Both the position numbers and the translations under genes were made by a program. Shown piece by piece: positions 36,943-45,588 of a DNA stretch of 64,000 nucleotides; positions within the stretch are counted from its first letter, which is position 1; every line of letters begins with the position of its first letter. The notes under the pieces were generated by a model that searched no databases, was not told where the DNA came from, and saw nothing but the letters and a program-made list of their open reading frames with translations. This DNA is from a virus. Where the stretch lies: IMG/VR virus record IMGVR_UViG_3300034103_001027, positions 1 through 64,000 of that record, one strand, 5' to 3'.

Positions 36943-37742
36943 GGAGGTAGCTCCTCGTCACATTCTAGGCAGGTTACGTAGAAGTATTTTAGACACCCAT
37001 CAAACATTGCGATGTAGTGTTCGGCTGTACCAGTCCCGCACCCAATAAAATCAAGCTCGACCCACATATCAAGAGTTCCGCCCGGAGGTATGGATATATT
37101 GGTGGAGTCTCTATTGAAGTTTATACCAGTTGGGTAGCCTCCAACGTAACCGTGAGACGCCGCAACCACATGGCCAAGCAAGCAATTTTGCTGCACTGGT
37201 GCAAACTCACAGTTGAAACTCGAAGGGTCAGACTCCCCTGCTCTACATGGCGGAGCACCTGCTTGGCAGTCCTCGCCATCTATTGGGTGTGTTGTCCATG
37301 TGCATAATCCATCGTTGAATATCGTCCAGGATATTCTGACTCTTGCTGGTATCTTATTACCATCACTATCTATAGTGGAGCAGGCTCTTTCGGGACTCAT
37401 TGCAGGTGGTGGATCATTTGAGACTCCTCTAGGTGCTCGACAGATTGAGTCAAAAATAGGTCCGCAGAATTCGTTAGGGAAGGCAGTATATCCATCCCAC
37501 GCAATGCAGCAATTACATGGCGCGGAACTAGAACTGGAACTAGAACTGGAGCTAGAACTGGAACTAGGGCTGGAACTAGGTCTGGAACTAGGGCTGGAAC
37601 TAGAACTGGAACTAGAACTAGAACTGGAACTGGAACTGGAACTAGAACTGGAACTAGAACTGGAACTGGAACTGGAACTGGAACTAGAGCTAGAACTGGA
37701 ACTGGAGCTAGAGCTACCGCAGCAGCAGAATCTTGTTGGCAT
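36939..37742 (-). CDS. poly-serine, Cys-rich protein (candidate glycosylated virion appendage)
   Basis: MPTRFCCCG, then a tract of about 60 Ser, then APCNCC and a Cys-rich domain. Confidence 0.75.
   Translation of the reverse strand: MPTRFCCCGSSSSSSSSSSSSSSSSSSSSSSSSSSSSSSSSSSSSSSSSSPSSRPSSSPSSSSSSSSSSSSSSAPCNCCIAWDGYTAFPNEFCGPIFDSICRAPRGVSNDPPPAMSPERACSTIDSDGNKIPARVRISWTIFNDGLCTWTTHPIDGEDCQAGAPPCRAGESDPSSFNCEFAPVQQNCLLGHVVAASHGYVGGYPTGINFNRDSTNISIPPGGTLDMWVELDFIGCGTGTAEHYIAMFDGCLKYFYVTCLECDEELPP
37524..37716. repeat. hexanucleotide tandem repeat (GAACTR)n encoding poly-Ser
   Basis: About 32 units of GAACTG/GAACTA/GAGCTA. On the minus strand these are alternating AGY and TCY codons. Confidence 0.95.
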
Positions 37743-37788
37743 CTTATAGAGTCGCCGCCATGATTAAATATTGCTTTGGCATGTTTTG

Positions 37789-38142
37789 TTAATTGCCAGC
37801 GCAGCACCTATTGAATGCCGTCCATTCTGGCACGCCACTAACGCCAACCGTCCTATGTGCCCACAAGTACACACCGCTAATGTCTTCATCATTGATGCAC
37901 CCAGACGGATCTTTAACTAGGACTGCAGACCCAATCAAATGCGATGCTATTTGAGATGCCCTTGACACCATCAGGTTAACTCCACCTTCTGCCTGTGACA
38001 CGACCAATCCCTCAATGGTTCCGTAGCTCTCTGCTGTTGGATAATACCATAGCGGCAGCGGGATCTGATTCAGCGGGGACATTACTTGCCCCCTGTGAGT
38101 TATGTCGCCTCCGCCAAGATGGCGATTGACTGCGTCAACCAT
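37789..38142 (-). CDS. hypothetical structural protein
   Basis: 117 aa, ends RCCAGN, within the virion gene cluster. Confidence 0.6.
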   Translation of the reverse strand: MVDAVNRHLGGGDITHRGQVMSPLNQIPLPLWYYPTAESYGTIEGLVVSQAEGGVNLMVSRASQIASHLIGSAVLVKDPSGCINDEDISGVYLWAHRTVGVSGVPEWTAFNRCCAGN

Positions 38143-38147
38143 TTGCT

Positions 38148-38555
38148 TTATGGCTTGAGTGTGTTGGTTACGAGCGGATTGAACATTAGCGTCGATGAAT
38201 CCGTTGCCGCGCCAAGTATCGTTAGGTAGTTACTAGGTGCAAGATCGGCGATTGGTGCGATTGCACCAGCTGTAGCGCTGAGAATGTATGTCTCGCCGAC
38301 AGTGAGTGTGGCACCGAGGTCTATCCTTGATCCAGGGAGTGCGTATATTACTGTCCCGCCAGATGTTGCTGGTGTTAGCGATATACCGACAACGACAGCT
38401 TTATCGATTCCGTCGTTGTTGTCGCACAGGAGTAACTGACCGCCTGATTCGTACAATGGCTGGCCCTGTGTTATCGTCGCACCGGCGACTCCAGAACCAA
38501 ACGGTCCCTGGTTTTTGAGTTTAACATTTGCTGCTGTTTGTGATAGGTTCGCCAT
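38148..38555 (-). CDS. putative capsid cement or fibre-like protein
   Basis: AGATITQGQPLY...LTVGETYILSATAGAI, a Gly/Ala/Thr-rich beta protein. Confidence 0.55.
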   Translation of the reverse strand: MANLSQTAANVKLKNQGPFGSGVAGATITQGQPLYESGGQLLLCDNNDGIDKAVVVGISLTPATSGGTVIYALPGSRIDLGATLTVGETYILSATAGAIAPIADLAPSNYLTILGAATDSSTLMFNPLVTNTLKP

Positions 38556-38567
38556 TTGGTGCTATTG

Positions 38568-39056
38568 TCAGTCGGACAATCCCTGTATTGAGCTGAAGTT
38601 GATTTTTCTTTTCGTTGTTTTATTTGAAATCGATACTGGTAGCGTGTAAGTGCTATCCATAAAGCCTATCTCAGGGTAGAAGACATCCCACCCATCATCC
38701 CTGTCTATGCACCTAACGACATAGTGGACAGTCTCACCAAACCCAGACCCCCTGTTCTCTAGGCCGTTGGATATGATCTTACTTATCCACGCCTGGCCCT
38801 CGCCCCATCCTCTCCAATCGCCTGAGTTTATTGAGTTGATTTCGTTTCTAAATTGGCTGTCACTGTACGACTTGAACTTGAAAATGTGAAAGACAGCCAC
38901 TGCTACAGGTTCCATCAGTGGCAGTATTGGGAGTTTATTTCCGGATGTTCGTATTGGCGTCCCATTTGAGGTTTTCCAAGCAGGCAGCCATATCACTTCG
39001 GAGGACCGAGTGATGATGGCTGGCTTGTTGGAGATGTTAGGGGCGCTGAACGACAT
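38568..39056 (-). CDS. hypothetical structural protein
   Basis: 162-aa ORF in the structural cluster. Confidence 0.6.
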   Translation of the reverse strand: MSFSAPNISNKPAIITRSSEVIWLPAWKTSNGTPIRTSGNKLPILPLMEPVAVAVFHIFKFKSYSDSQFRNEINSINSGDWRGWGEGQAWISKIISNGLENRGSGFGETVHYVVRCIDRDDGWDVFYPEIGFMDSTYTLPVSISNKTTKRKINFSSIQGLSD

Positions 39057-39071
39057 CTTCTGGCGGTCTTA

Positions 39072-39191
39072 CTACTTGGCAGGTTTCTTGGTGGGTGACT
39101 TCTTCTTGTCATCCTTCTTCATTAGCCACGGTGGCATCTTGCCGCTTGGTTTGGTGGACTTGCCAGATGTTTTGCATGAAGACTTTTTCAT
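39072..39191 (-). CDS. 39-aa Lys-rich peptide MKKSSCKTSGKSTKPSGKMPPWLMKKDDKKKSPTKKPAK
   Basis: Translated by hand (below the track cutoff). AAAGGA RBS and a tandem TAG TAA stop. Confidence 0.55.
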   Translation of the reverse strand: MKKSSCKTSGKSTKPSGKMPPWLMKKDDKKKSPTKKPAK

Positions 39192-39256
39192 TGCGATTCC
39201 TTTTGAGTGAATGATCTGCCTCTCTGTGTATTATTCCCGTTGCGAAAGATTTTCTT

Positions 39257-39616
39257 TTAAGACTTCCACATCAGGAAGATTACGCAGTCGGCATTGACTG
39301 TACCACTGAGCTTGATCTTTGCGTGGCCAACTGCAGCCACTTCAGCGATCTCGCTTGATGTAAGCGACACTGCACCAGCGGCTGCTACGTTTTTAGCTGC
39401 TGATAGCAGGTCTGTCTCTGGGAATGTTGCCGATGCGGACTGTGGAGGGTCACCAGCGACTGCTGTTATCTGAATTGCCTTTCCAATGACTGGGGAGCTT
39501 GTCGGTATGAGGAATGTCCCAAAGGCTCCGCTGCGCAGGTCGATTCTCCCGCTGACGGACTCTCCGTTCTTAAATGAAATGGGGATCACTTGATGCGTTC
39601 TTTCTGTGTACGACAT
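39257..39616 (-). CDS. hypothetical structural protein
   Basis: Start placed at MSYTERT, directly after the upstream stop. Confidence 0.6.
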   Translation of the reverse strand: MSYTERTHQVIPISFKNGESVSGRIDLRSGAFGTFLIPTSSPVIGKAIQITAVAGDPPQSASATFPETDLLSAAKNVAAAGAVSLTSSEIAEVAAVGHAKIKLSGTVNADCVIFLMWKS

Positions 39617-39617
39617 G

Positions 39618-41423
39618 TTAGTCTTCCGTTGGTAAGTTGGTTGCGTCTGATTTGTATATTTGCCAAGATGGAGATCCAGCATCCATCGCATGGTCTCCTA
39701 CCCGCCTGTCCCTGCTCATTGCTTCTCTTAGGCTCTTCTTGGCCATCTCTGAAGCAATGACGGATTTAGCGTGATCGTGATTCTTGGTGTACTGGTAGAA
39801 TGCCTCGTCCTCGAGTGCTTCGAGCATTACGCTAGCTTCAATGTCGATTGGCGAGCTTATCGCGTATCCTCTAGCTGATATTGTCTCTGGCAACGCCTCT
39901 GAGAGTGTAAGTGTCGTTGCTGTGGGTGCTGCGATAATGAATGACTGGAAGTCCCAGTTGTCTGAGTCAAGGTCCGTTGGTGTTGTGGAGTTACTCGAGA
40001 CTCGAATGATGCACCCAACAAGTCTCTTGTGAAACGCAGCGCCAGCACTCGTGACTGTATCTGAGTTTGCCGATCCAGCTAGATTGCTTCCTGTGACGGA
40101 ATGTATGGATGGCGTTATCGGGAGGACTGATGCGCTAACCTCGATTGTTTCCTCTTCGGTCGGCGCTGGATGCAGGATGAATTCGCACCCGCCAAACTTG
40201 CCGCCATGGTTTTGCCATGAGAAGCATCTTGAGTGTCCATTGATCGTGCTGGAGAATGTTGATGCATTGAACTCAGCGAATGGAATTGATGTCAGCGGTC
40301 TGTTGTTCGTTATATTGTGCGCGTACTCTATTTTTAGCACTTCCCTGCCGAATGTGTATGCGCGGCGTCTCCAGGTGGCATCGCCTTCGTAGTCCGACAT
40401 CATGGCGCTGTCTGGCTCGAGCGTTGCTGTCGTGTTGGACAGTCTTCTGTGTACCTTGTAGAAGTTGCCTCCGATAAGGATTTCACCCATTGCAGCGTCT
40501 GCTGGCCAGTTGTCTCCGTCGGTGATTGTGACTAGTCGTTCGCTTGCGCCGCCAGTGCGGTCGTATTCGATAGTCATGGACCTTTCGGCTGACGTTGTGA
40601 ATCGCGTTTGTGCCTTGTAGTAGTTCCATCCGTGCTTTGTGTGTAGAGACCTAATTGCAGACTGGATAGCCTTGACGATTCTTGCGTTGTGTCTCTCTGA
40701 CGGGGTGCCACCCGTCCTGAGGGTCATTGAGTGAACCATGTCTTGCAGTGTCAGCACTTCATGTCCTGCTAATCCGCCCCATGATGGCATCCATGGATTG
40801 CTTGGAGGCGATATGGTGCTTGTGCTTTGCTTAAATCGCCAGTCCTTGCTTGCGATCTGCTTTTTGGCTAGCGTGACTGTTGAGGCAGTGCCCTGCTTCG
40901 TGTAAGTGCCTAGCGGTGAGGCGACTGTTGGACCTAAGAAAAAAGTCAGGCCGTCCCATTCGATAACCCACCTATCAGTTCCATCTGGCACGTCCGAGCG
41001 AAACAGGACGCAATCCTTCGTTGCTACAGTCCATGCCCATAGCCGAGTATTCCCGCTGCCAGATACGGCAATCCCGATATCGGCTGTATATACGTCTGGA
41101 GTTACACCGCTGCCAGTCACTGCAAACCGATTGAATGAATCAATCATCGTTGCGGTGTCGTACTGCTCAGTAAGCGCGCCCTGCGCCAAGTCGATAACGA
41201 CATGGTTATTGTCTGAGGTAGTTGGATTGCTAGCACCTAGGAATACCCACCACTTAGTATATTCAGTGTCATCTAGCGTGATTGTGAATGTGCCTAGTTG
41301 CGATACGCTTTCCGTAGCAGCAATTCCGTAATCCGCATAGTGACTAAATGGAATCGAAGTATCGGCTGGAATAGCCCTGGCTGTGCTGCCTGTTGGTGCT
41401 GAGAATATGATAGTGTGAAGCAT
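39618..41423 (-). CDS. putative head-tail adaptor with an N-terminal extension
   Basis: The segment LTLQDMV...AIQSAIRSL....WNYY...F.T and ILHPAP resembles podovirus-type adaptors. It also contains repeated T.TL beta-barrel inserts. Confidence 0.45.
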   Translation of the reverse strand: MLHTIIFSAPTGSTARAIPADTSIPFSHYADYGIAATESVSQLGTFTITLDDTEYTKWWVFLGASNPTTSDNNHVVIDLAQGALTEQYDTATMIDSFNRFAVTGSGVTPDVYTADIGIAVSGSGNTRLWAWTVATKDCVLFRSDVPDGTDRWVIEWDGLTFFLGPTVASPLGTYTKQGTASTVTLAKKQIASKDWRFKQSTSTISPPSNPWMPSWGGLAGHEVLTLQDMVHSMTLRTGGTPSERHNARIVKAIQSAIRSLHTKHGWNYYKAQTRFTTSAERSMTIEYDRTGGASERLVTITDGDNWPADAAMGEILIGGNFYKVHRRLSNTTATLEPDSAMMSDYEGDATWRRRAYTFGREVLKIEYAHNITNNRPLTSIPFAEFNASTFSSTINGHSRCFSWQNHGGKFGGCEFILHPAPTEEETIEVSASVLPITPSIHSVTGSNLAGSANSDTVTSAGAAFHKRLVGCIIRVSSNSTTPTDLDSDNWDFQSFIIAAPTATTLTLSEALPETISARGYAISSPIDIEASVMLEALEDEAFYQYTKNHDHAKSVIASEMAKKSLREAMSRDRRVGDHAMDAGSPSWQIYKSDATNLPTED

Positions 41424-44284
41424 TATTCGTTTGCCACCGTCAGATTGTTGGAGTTGTCGATGCTGATACGCGCAAAAGAGCCGTTGGGCTTTCGGACTAA
41501 TAGTCCGTGCGTCTTCGTATCACCCCAGATGCGCCCACCCGCTGTCGTAAGGTAAGGAAGTGTTGCTGGCCATTGGACCTTATTGCGCCCCATAAAAGCC
41601 AGTAGGTTGACCGTCTGCGATTTATCCTTTACTCCGACCAGTCGTAGCCTGACTTCTGAAGTATTGTTTTGGTTGAACCCGTCGAAAACCAAAAACTTCT
41701 GACTGGAGTTCAATAGCGATTGCGTGACAGTTAGGGCTGAGAATCCTGGAGATGGACCTGTTACCCTTACTTCAACACTCTTGGGTGTGTTGGTCGAACC
41801 GATCAAAAGGTAGAGCGATAGTAGCTCCAGATCGGTAGGCTCGATGATGATATCGACCGTGCCGCTATCGACATTGAATCCCGAGTTATAGGTGATTGTC
41901 GTGCCGGAAGAGTTGTTTGAGAACAGGTTGGGCAAGCCACTAATCGAGCCGTCAGTGTGCGACGATGTGACTGTATATTTTTGATCAGCCAGATAGAGCA
42001 CGTTTTCTAGGTGTCGAATAAAGCCCGTTTTTCCACCACTTGTCCCAGCGTCAACCAGGTAGAGGCTATTCGGATTGTGCATGTACGCGGTGGTTGGATC
42101 AATTTGCCCAATAATGTTAACGTGACCTAGCTTCACGCTGGCCATTGAGTCTGGACCTGGCCTATTTAGTGAACCATTGTTGGCCCAAGCCTTTTTGTTA
42201 GTTCGATAGGTTGGCAGTGAGTCATTACCCTTATCCAGATCGACCGTATGAAAGTTAAAATCAACGTCTGCGCCGTTCAAGGTTGTCAATGGCAGATCGT
42301 ACTCAGCGGAAGACAGCACGTTACCAGTCTGCTGGAATCCAGAGAGCCTGCCAGAAGTCCAGGTGTCAATCAGACACGCCTGCTTGCAGCCGATGGACGT
42401 GAAGTTTTCAAAGTGATTCGCAGTCGCTAAACACGGCAGAAAGACCTTTAGCGAAGTCATGTTCTGATTAGACCGCAACCGAAATGCTTGGTTTGACCCA
42501 CCTGGCAGAGATTCGGCTTTGAAGGCTGGTACTAGGCTCTGTGTGGTATCGAGCGAATAACCAGCATTGGCTATCGCCTCATTGATTCGATCTATAATGC
42601 TGCCGGACATCGTGATCCTGAACGACAGTATGCTCGATGCTCCCCACTTTATAGTGAAGAATCGCCGCACGTTTGCGGCTACCGCATAGCTATTTGAACT
42701 GGCCATTGTGTAGGTGGTTGGTGACGTTCCGCTATCTGTTGTGGAACTCGACACGAGGAACCCACCTGAACTTGCATGACCATAGGCTGCTGCTGGGTAC
42801 GACTGATAAGGCTCCTCTAGGCTTGCCATCAACGATCTGTTAAGGTAGATGCCTTTGACGTTATTACATTTGACGTAGTGCATTTCCCCAAAACCAGTTG
42901 GGAAGCCTACCTTTGGATCACCTGGGTAGTCATTCGAGCAATCAACAGAGATACCGAAGTGCCCCCCATTGGTGTCTCGTGTCGCCGTTTCGCTTCCAAT
43001 CAGTGCGATATCTCGAATCTCACCGCTTTGTATCAGGTTGTAGAAGTAGCAGTATTTGATCAAAGATGGCGGACAGTAGTATGGGTCTGTTCGATTGCTG
43101 TAGACAGCGTTGCGACATTCGAGAGCGCCGCCACGAATGGTAACGCCCTCTGAGAATATGCGGATCATGTCGACCGCTGCCGAACCACTATAGAGGCAGC
43201 CTACAGTACCGTTAGTGATTCTCTTGGATAAGTTAGCTTCACCCTTGAGAAACACGTTCTTAGGTTTGGCTATTGTCAGTGTACTTAGTACGCAATAGCA
43301 CCCATCGATATAAGCATCGTACTCGGAGTCAAATAAGTATTGGACTATCGCCGTCGCATCAACTGCCGAGGAGTAGTTGAGTGTGCTTAGCTGCCTGGAA
43401 GCGCCGAGGTTCTGCGGAGTTACCCAATTGTTAGTCGGAGCGATCTTCCACAACTTGTAAGTGGCCCCGCTACCAAGTTTGATAATGTCCTTACCGTTGG
43501 AAATGTCTTCAGCGTCTGGGTAGCTAACCGTCTCGCCCTCAGTCATGCCGTCCGGCGTGCCGTTCTCGAAGTTCTTATAGAACGTAAGTGGGGAGCCTCC
43601 TACCGTTGCACCCTGAATACGAAAATCGCGATAGTGCGTGATCGTCCCGCTATAGTACGCACCAAATACAATCTTTTGGGCAGACGTAATCGTAAACTCT
43701 GTTTTGACTCGAACCGTTACCAAGTACCATACGTTTTTCGCTAGATTCTCCTGGTCTTGAAACGTGCCGTCTTCCGTTTCAACAGAAACGACTTCAATCT
43801 TGGCTGTAGATACGTTGAATCTGATGAAACCGCTGGAAGTACGAAAACCAAAAATCTGGTCATGCAAATACACGTCACCCGCTGCACCTGTTAAGGAAGA
43901 ACTAGAGTCAATCCTACACCAGGCTTGAATTACCGCGCCAACTGGTAGTGTCACAGTTCCGCCTAGCGTGCTGCCTGCGATCTCTACACGGTTCCCTGTG
44001 TAACTGCCGCCTGAACTGCCAGCGACTCGTAGATACTTACCGACCGTGTTGCGCAATAGACGGAAGTTACAGCCGCGATCTCGAACGTACGCCTCAGTAT
44101 TCAATGGAACATCTAGCCCGAGAGCGTCTACAGTGGCGACTTGCTGGACCGCGCCAATCAGTTCTGGCTCTAATTCCACCGAGTCAAACAGATCGCCCAG
44201 CCGTTCTTCTACGACGGCTTCAGCAATGGGTCTTGGGTTTGGAATGACTGTCATAGCGTCACCCCCGAGCGAGCCGCTAACCAA
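41423..44284 (-). CDS. tail spike / receptor-binding protein (LamG-like domain plus predicted beta-helix)
   Basis: 953 aa, rich in G/S/T/N. WYLVTV is LamG-like; VTPQNLGA...DATAIVQ resembles the start of a pectin-lyase-like beta-helix. Confidence 0.65.
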   Translation of the reverse strand: MVSGSLGGDAMTVIPNPRPIAEAVVEERLGDLFDSVELEPELIGAVQQVATVDALGLDVPLNTEAYVRDRGCNFRLLRNTVGKYLRVAGSSGGSYTGNRVEIAGSTLGGTVTLPVGAVIQAWCRIDSSSSLTGAAGDVYLHDQIFGFRTSSGFIRFNVSTAKIEVVSVETEDGTFQDQENLAKNVWYLVTVRVKTEFTITSAQKIVFGAYYSGTITHYRDFRIQGATVGGSPLTFYKNFENGTPDGMTEGETVSYPDAEDISNGKDIIKLGSGATYKLWKIAPTNNWVTPQNLGASRQLSTLNYSSAVDATAIVQYLFDSEYDAYIDGCYCVLSTLTIAKPKNVFLKGEANLSKRITNGTVGCLYSGSAAVDMIRIFSEGVTIRGGALECRNAVYSNRTDPYYCPPSLIKYCYFYNLIQSGEIRDIALIGSETATRDTNGGHFGISVDCSNDYPGDPKVGFPTGFGEMHYVKCNNVKGIYLNRSLMASLEEPYQSYPAAAYGHASSGGFLVSSSTTDSGTSPTTYTMASSNSYAVAANVRRFFTIKWGASSILSFRITMSGSIIDRINEAIANAGYSLDTTQSLVPAFKAESLPGGSNQAFRLRSNQNMTSLKVFLPCLATANHFENFTSIGCKQACLIDTWTSGRLSGFQQTGNVLSSAEYDLPLTTLNGADVDFNFHTVDLDKGNDSLPTYRTNKKAWANNGSLNRPGPDSMASVKLGHVNIIGQIDPTTAYMHNPNSLYLVDAGTSGGKTGFIRHLENVLYLADQKYTVTSSHTDGSISGLPNLFSNNSSGTTITYNSGFNVDSGTVDIIIEPTDLELLSLYLLIGSTNTPKSVEVRVTGPSPGFSALTVTQSLLNSSQKFLVFDGFNQNNTSEVRLRLVGVKDKSQTVNLLAFMGRNKVQWPATLPYLTTAGGRIWGDTKTHGLLVRKPNGSFARISIDNSNNLTVANE

Positions 44285-45009
44285 GATTCTACGGCGGTCA
44301 GATCATCACCCGCCAGAATCTCTGTGAACAAGAGTAGTGCGTAGATGTTACCAGTCAGCGTTCTGATACCGTCAGAAGTCCTGCCGGATATTCGTACATT
44401 CGCATTCCCCCATGTGCCCGCGCCTTGGCTCGATGTCGTGGCTGTGCCGTTGACTCCGTTTATCCTGGTTTGCAATAAAGCAGAAGACCTACGAAAAAAG
44501 CCAGTAACAATTTCGGTATAGGGTTGTGCGGAAACGTTTTGTGGTGAAGTCTGCCGTGTCGTGCCGACATTCGATCCCGCAACAATCGCTGGAGCTGTAT
44601 TGTACTGCATGGAGAACCCAGGATTGACAGAACCATTATTTTGATTGATCAGCATTATATCCGTACCCGCCTCTCGACGAACAGCAGCACAGATAGTCAT
44701 GGCATTCAGCGAACTCATATCCAGCGTGCTATCTAACCTCTTGCCAGTGAACACGAGATACTTTAGCCCACCCGCTTCGGTGTATGTCGGAGCATTAGTA
44801 GCTTCGGTGAATAGCGTTGCGTTCGCTGTTTTGTCGCGCCAAGCCTTTACTGTTTGACCTGAAGCCGTAACCGCTGTAGTTGCCGCAGTATCAGTAAATA
44901 GCGTCGACATATCGGAAGCGTCCAGGCAAAGCCGACACGAGGCTATATTGAGAGGGGACCACTCCTCCTCGCCGCCAGGTATGTTCATGATAATGTTGGA
45001 TACACTCAT
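44251..45009 (-). CDS. LamG/concanavalin-like virion protein
   Basis: WSP......LDASD...V.AW.DK, RINGV, G.IY.LLLF...L......VESWL. Confidence 0.7.
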   Translation of the reverse strand: MSVSNIIMNIPGGEEEWSPLNIASCRLCLDASDMSTLFTDTAATTAVTASGQTVKAWRDKTANATLFTEATNAPTYTEAGGLKYLVFTGKRLDSTLDMSSLNAMTICAAVRREAGTDIMLINQNNGSVNPGFSMQYNTAPAIVAGSNVGTTRQTSPQNVSAQPYTEIVTGFFRRSSALLQTRINGVNGTATTSSQGAGTWGNANVRISGRTSDGIRTLTGNIYALLLFTEILAGDDLTAVESWLAARSGVTL

Positions 45010-45578
45010 TGTTTTACTGGCCTTCCGTGCTTCTTTTCCACATAGGACTTCAGCTCTTGCTTGGTCATAGACCCAGCTTCGCCAGTCTTCGTGTAGTGAT
45101 CCATCATTCTCTTTGTGACTTTTGGGTTGAGTGCTTTTTGCTTAGGTATCTTGTTTGGATCCGGCGCGACGTACAGTCCCGGCATGTCGCAGCCCTTGCC
45201 TGACTTCTGAAGCCTGCGCTTCATCTCGGATAAGCCCTCTCCGGGCTTGAAGAATGCGTCAGGGTTCCCGCCTTTGTCGTCGTCGAGTTGTCCGATGTAA
45301 ACGTCATTCGCCCCTACGGTGTAGCCGCGCTTCCTCGCCTGGGATGCTATGTGATTAGTCCAGTTGACGTCGCCTTCCAGTTGGTCAAGCAGTGTTCCCC
45401 TGCCAGCATGGAACTGCGTATCGCTCCTGTGTCCAGGCGGCTTACGGCTCTCAAGCATATCTTGGCATTTGCTCATGAACTTTTTAGCTAGAGACTCAGG
45501 CAGTGGCGGGAAGTAGACCTTTTGTCCGTCAACAATATTGACGCTGTACTTCGTGCCGTTAATCGTCATGAAAAACAT
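45006..45578 (-). CDS. hypothetical protein
   Basis: Directly downstream of the portal gene. Start placed at MFFMT. Confidence 0.6.
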   Translation of the reverse strand: MFFMTINGTKYSVNIVDGQKVYFPPLPESLAKKFMSKCQDMLESRKPPGHRSDTQFHAGRGTLLDQLEGDVNWTNHIASQARKRGYTVGANDVYIGQLDDDKGGNPDAFFKPGEGLSEMKRRLQKSGKGCDMPGLYVAPDPNKIPKQKALNPKVTKRMMDHYTKTGEAGSMTKQELKSYVEKKHGRPVKQ

Positions 45579-45588
45579 CTGGGGGTTC

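Noticed and set aside
37524-37716. Possible CRISPR array
   Set aside because: A simple hexamer tandem repeat without spacers. No cas genes or repeat-spacer arrays were seen in the window.
37213-37807. ORFs encoding (EL)n on the plus strand and (VP/VL)n on the minus strand
   Set aside because: Alternative-frame shadows of the hexamer repeat. The poly-Ser frame fits the operon.
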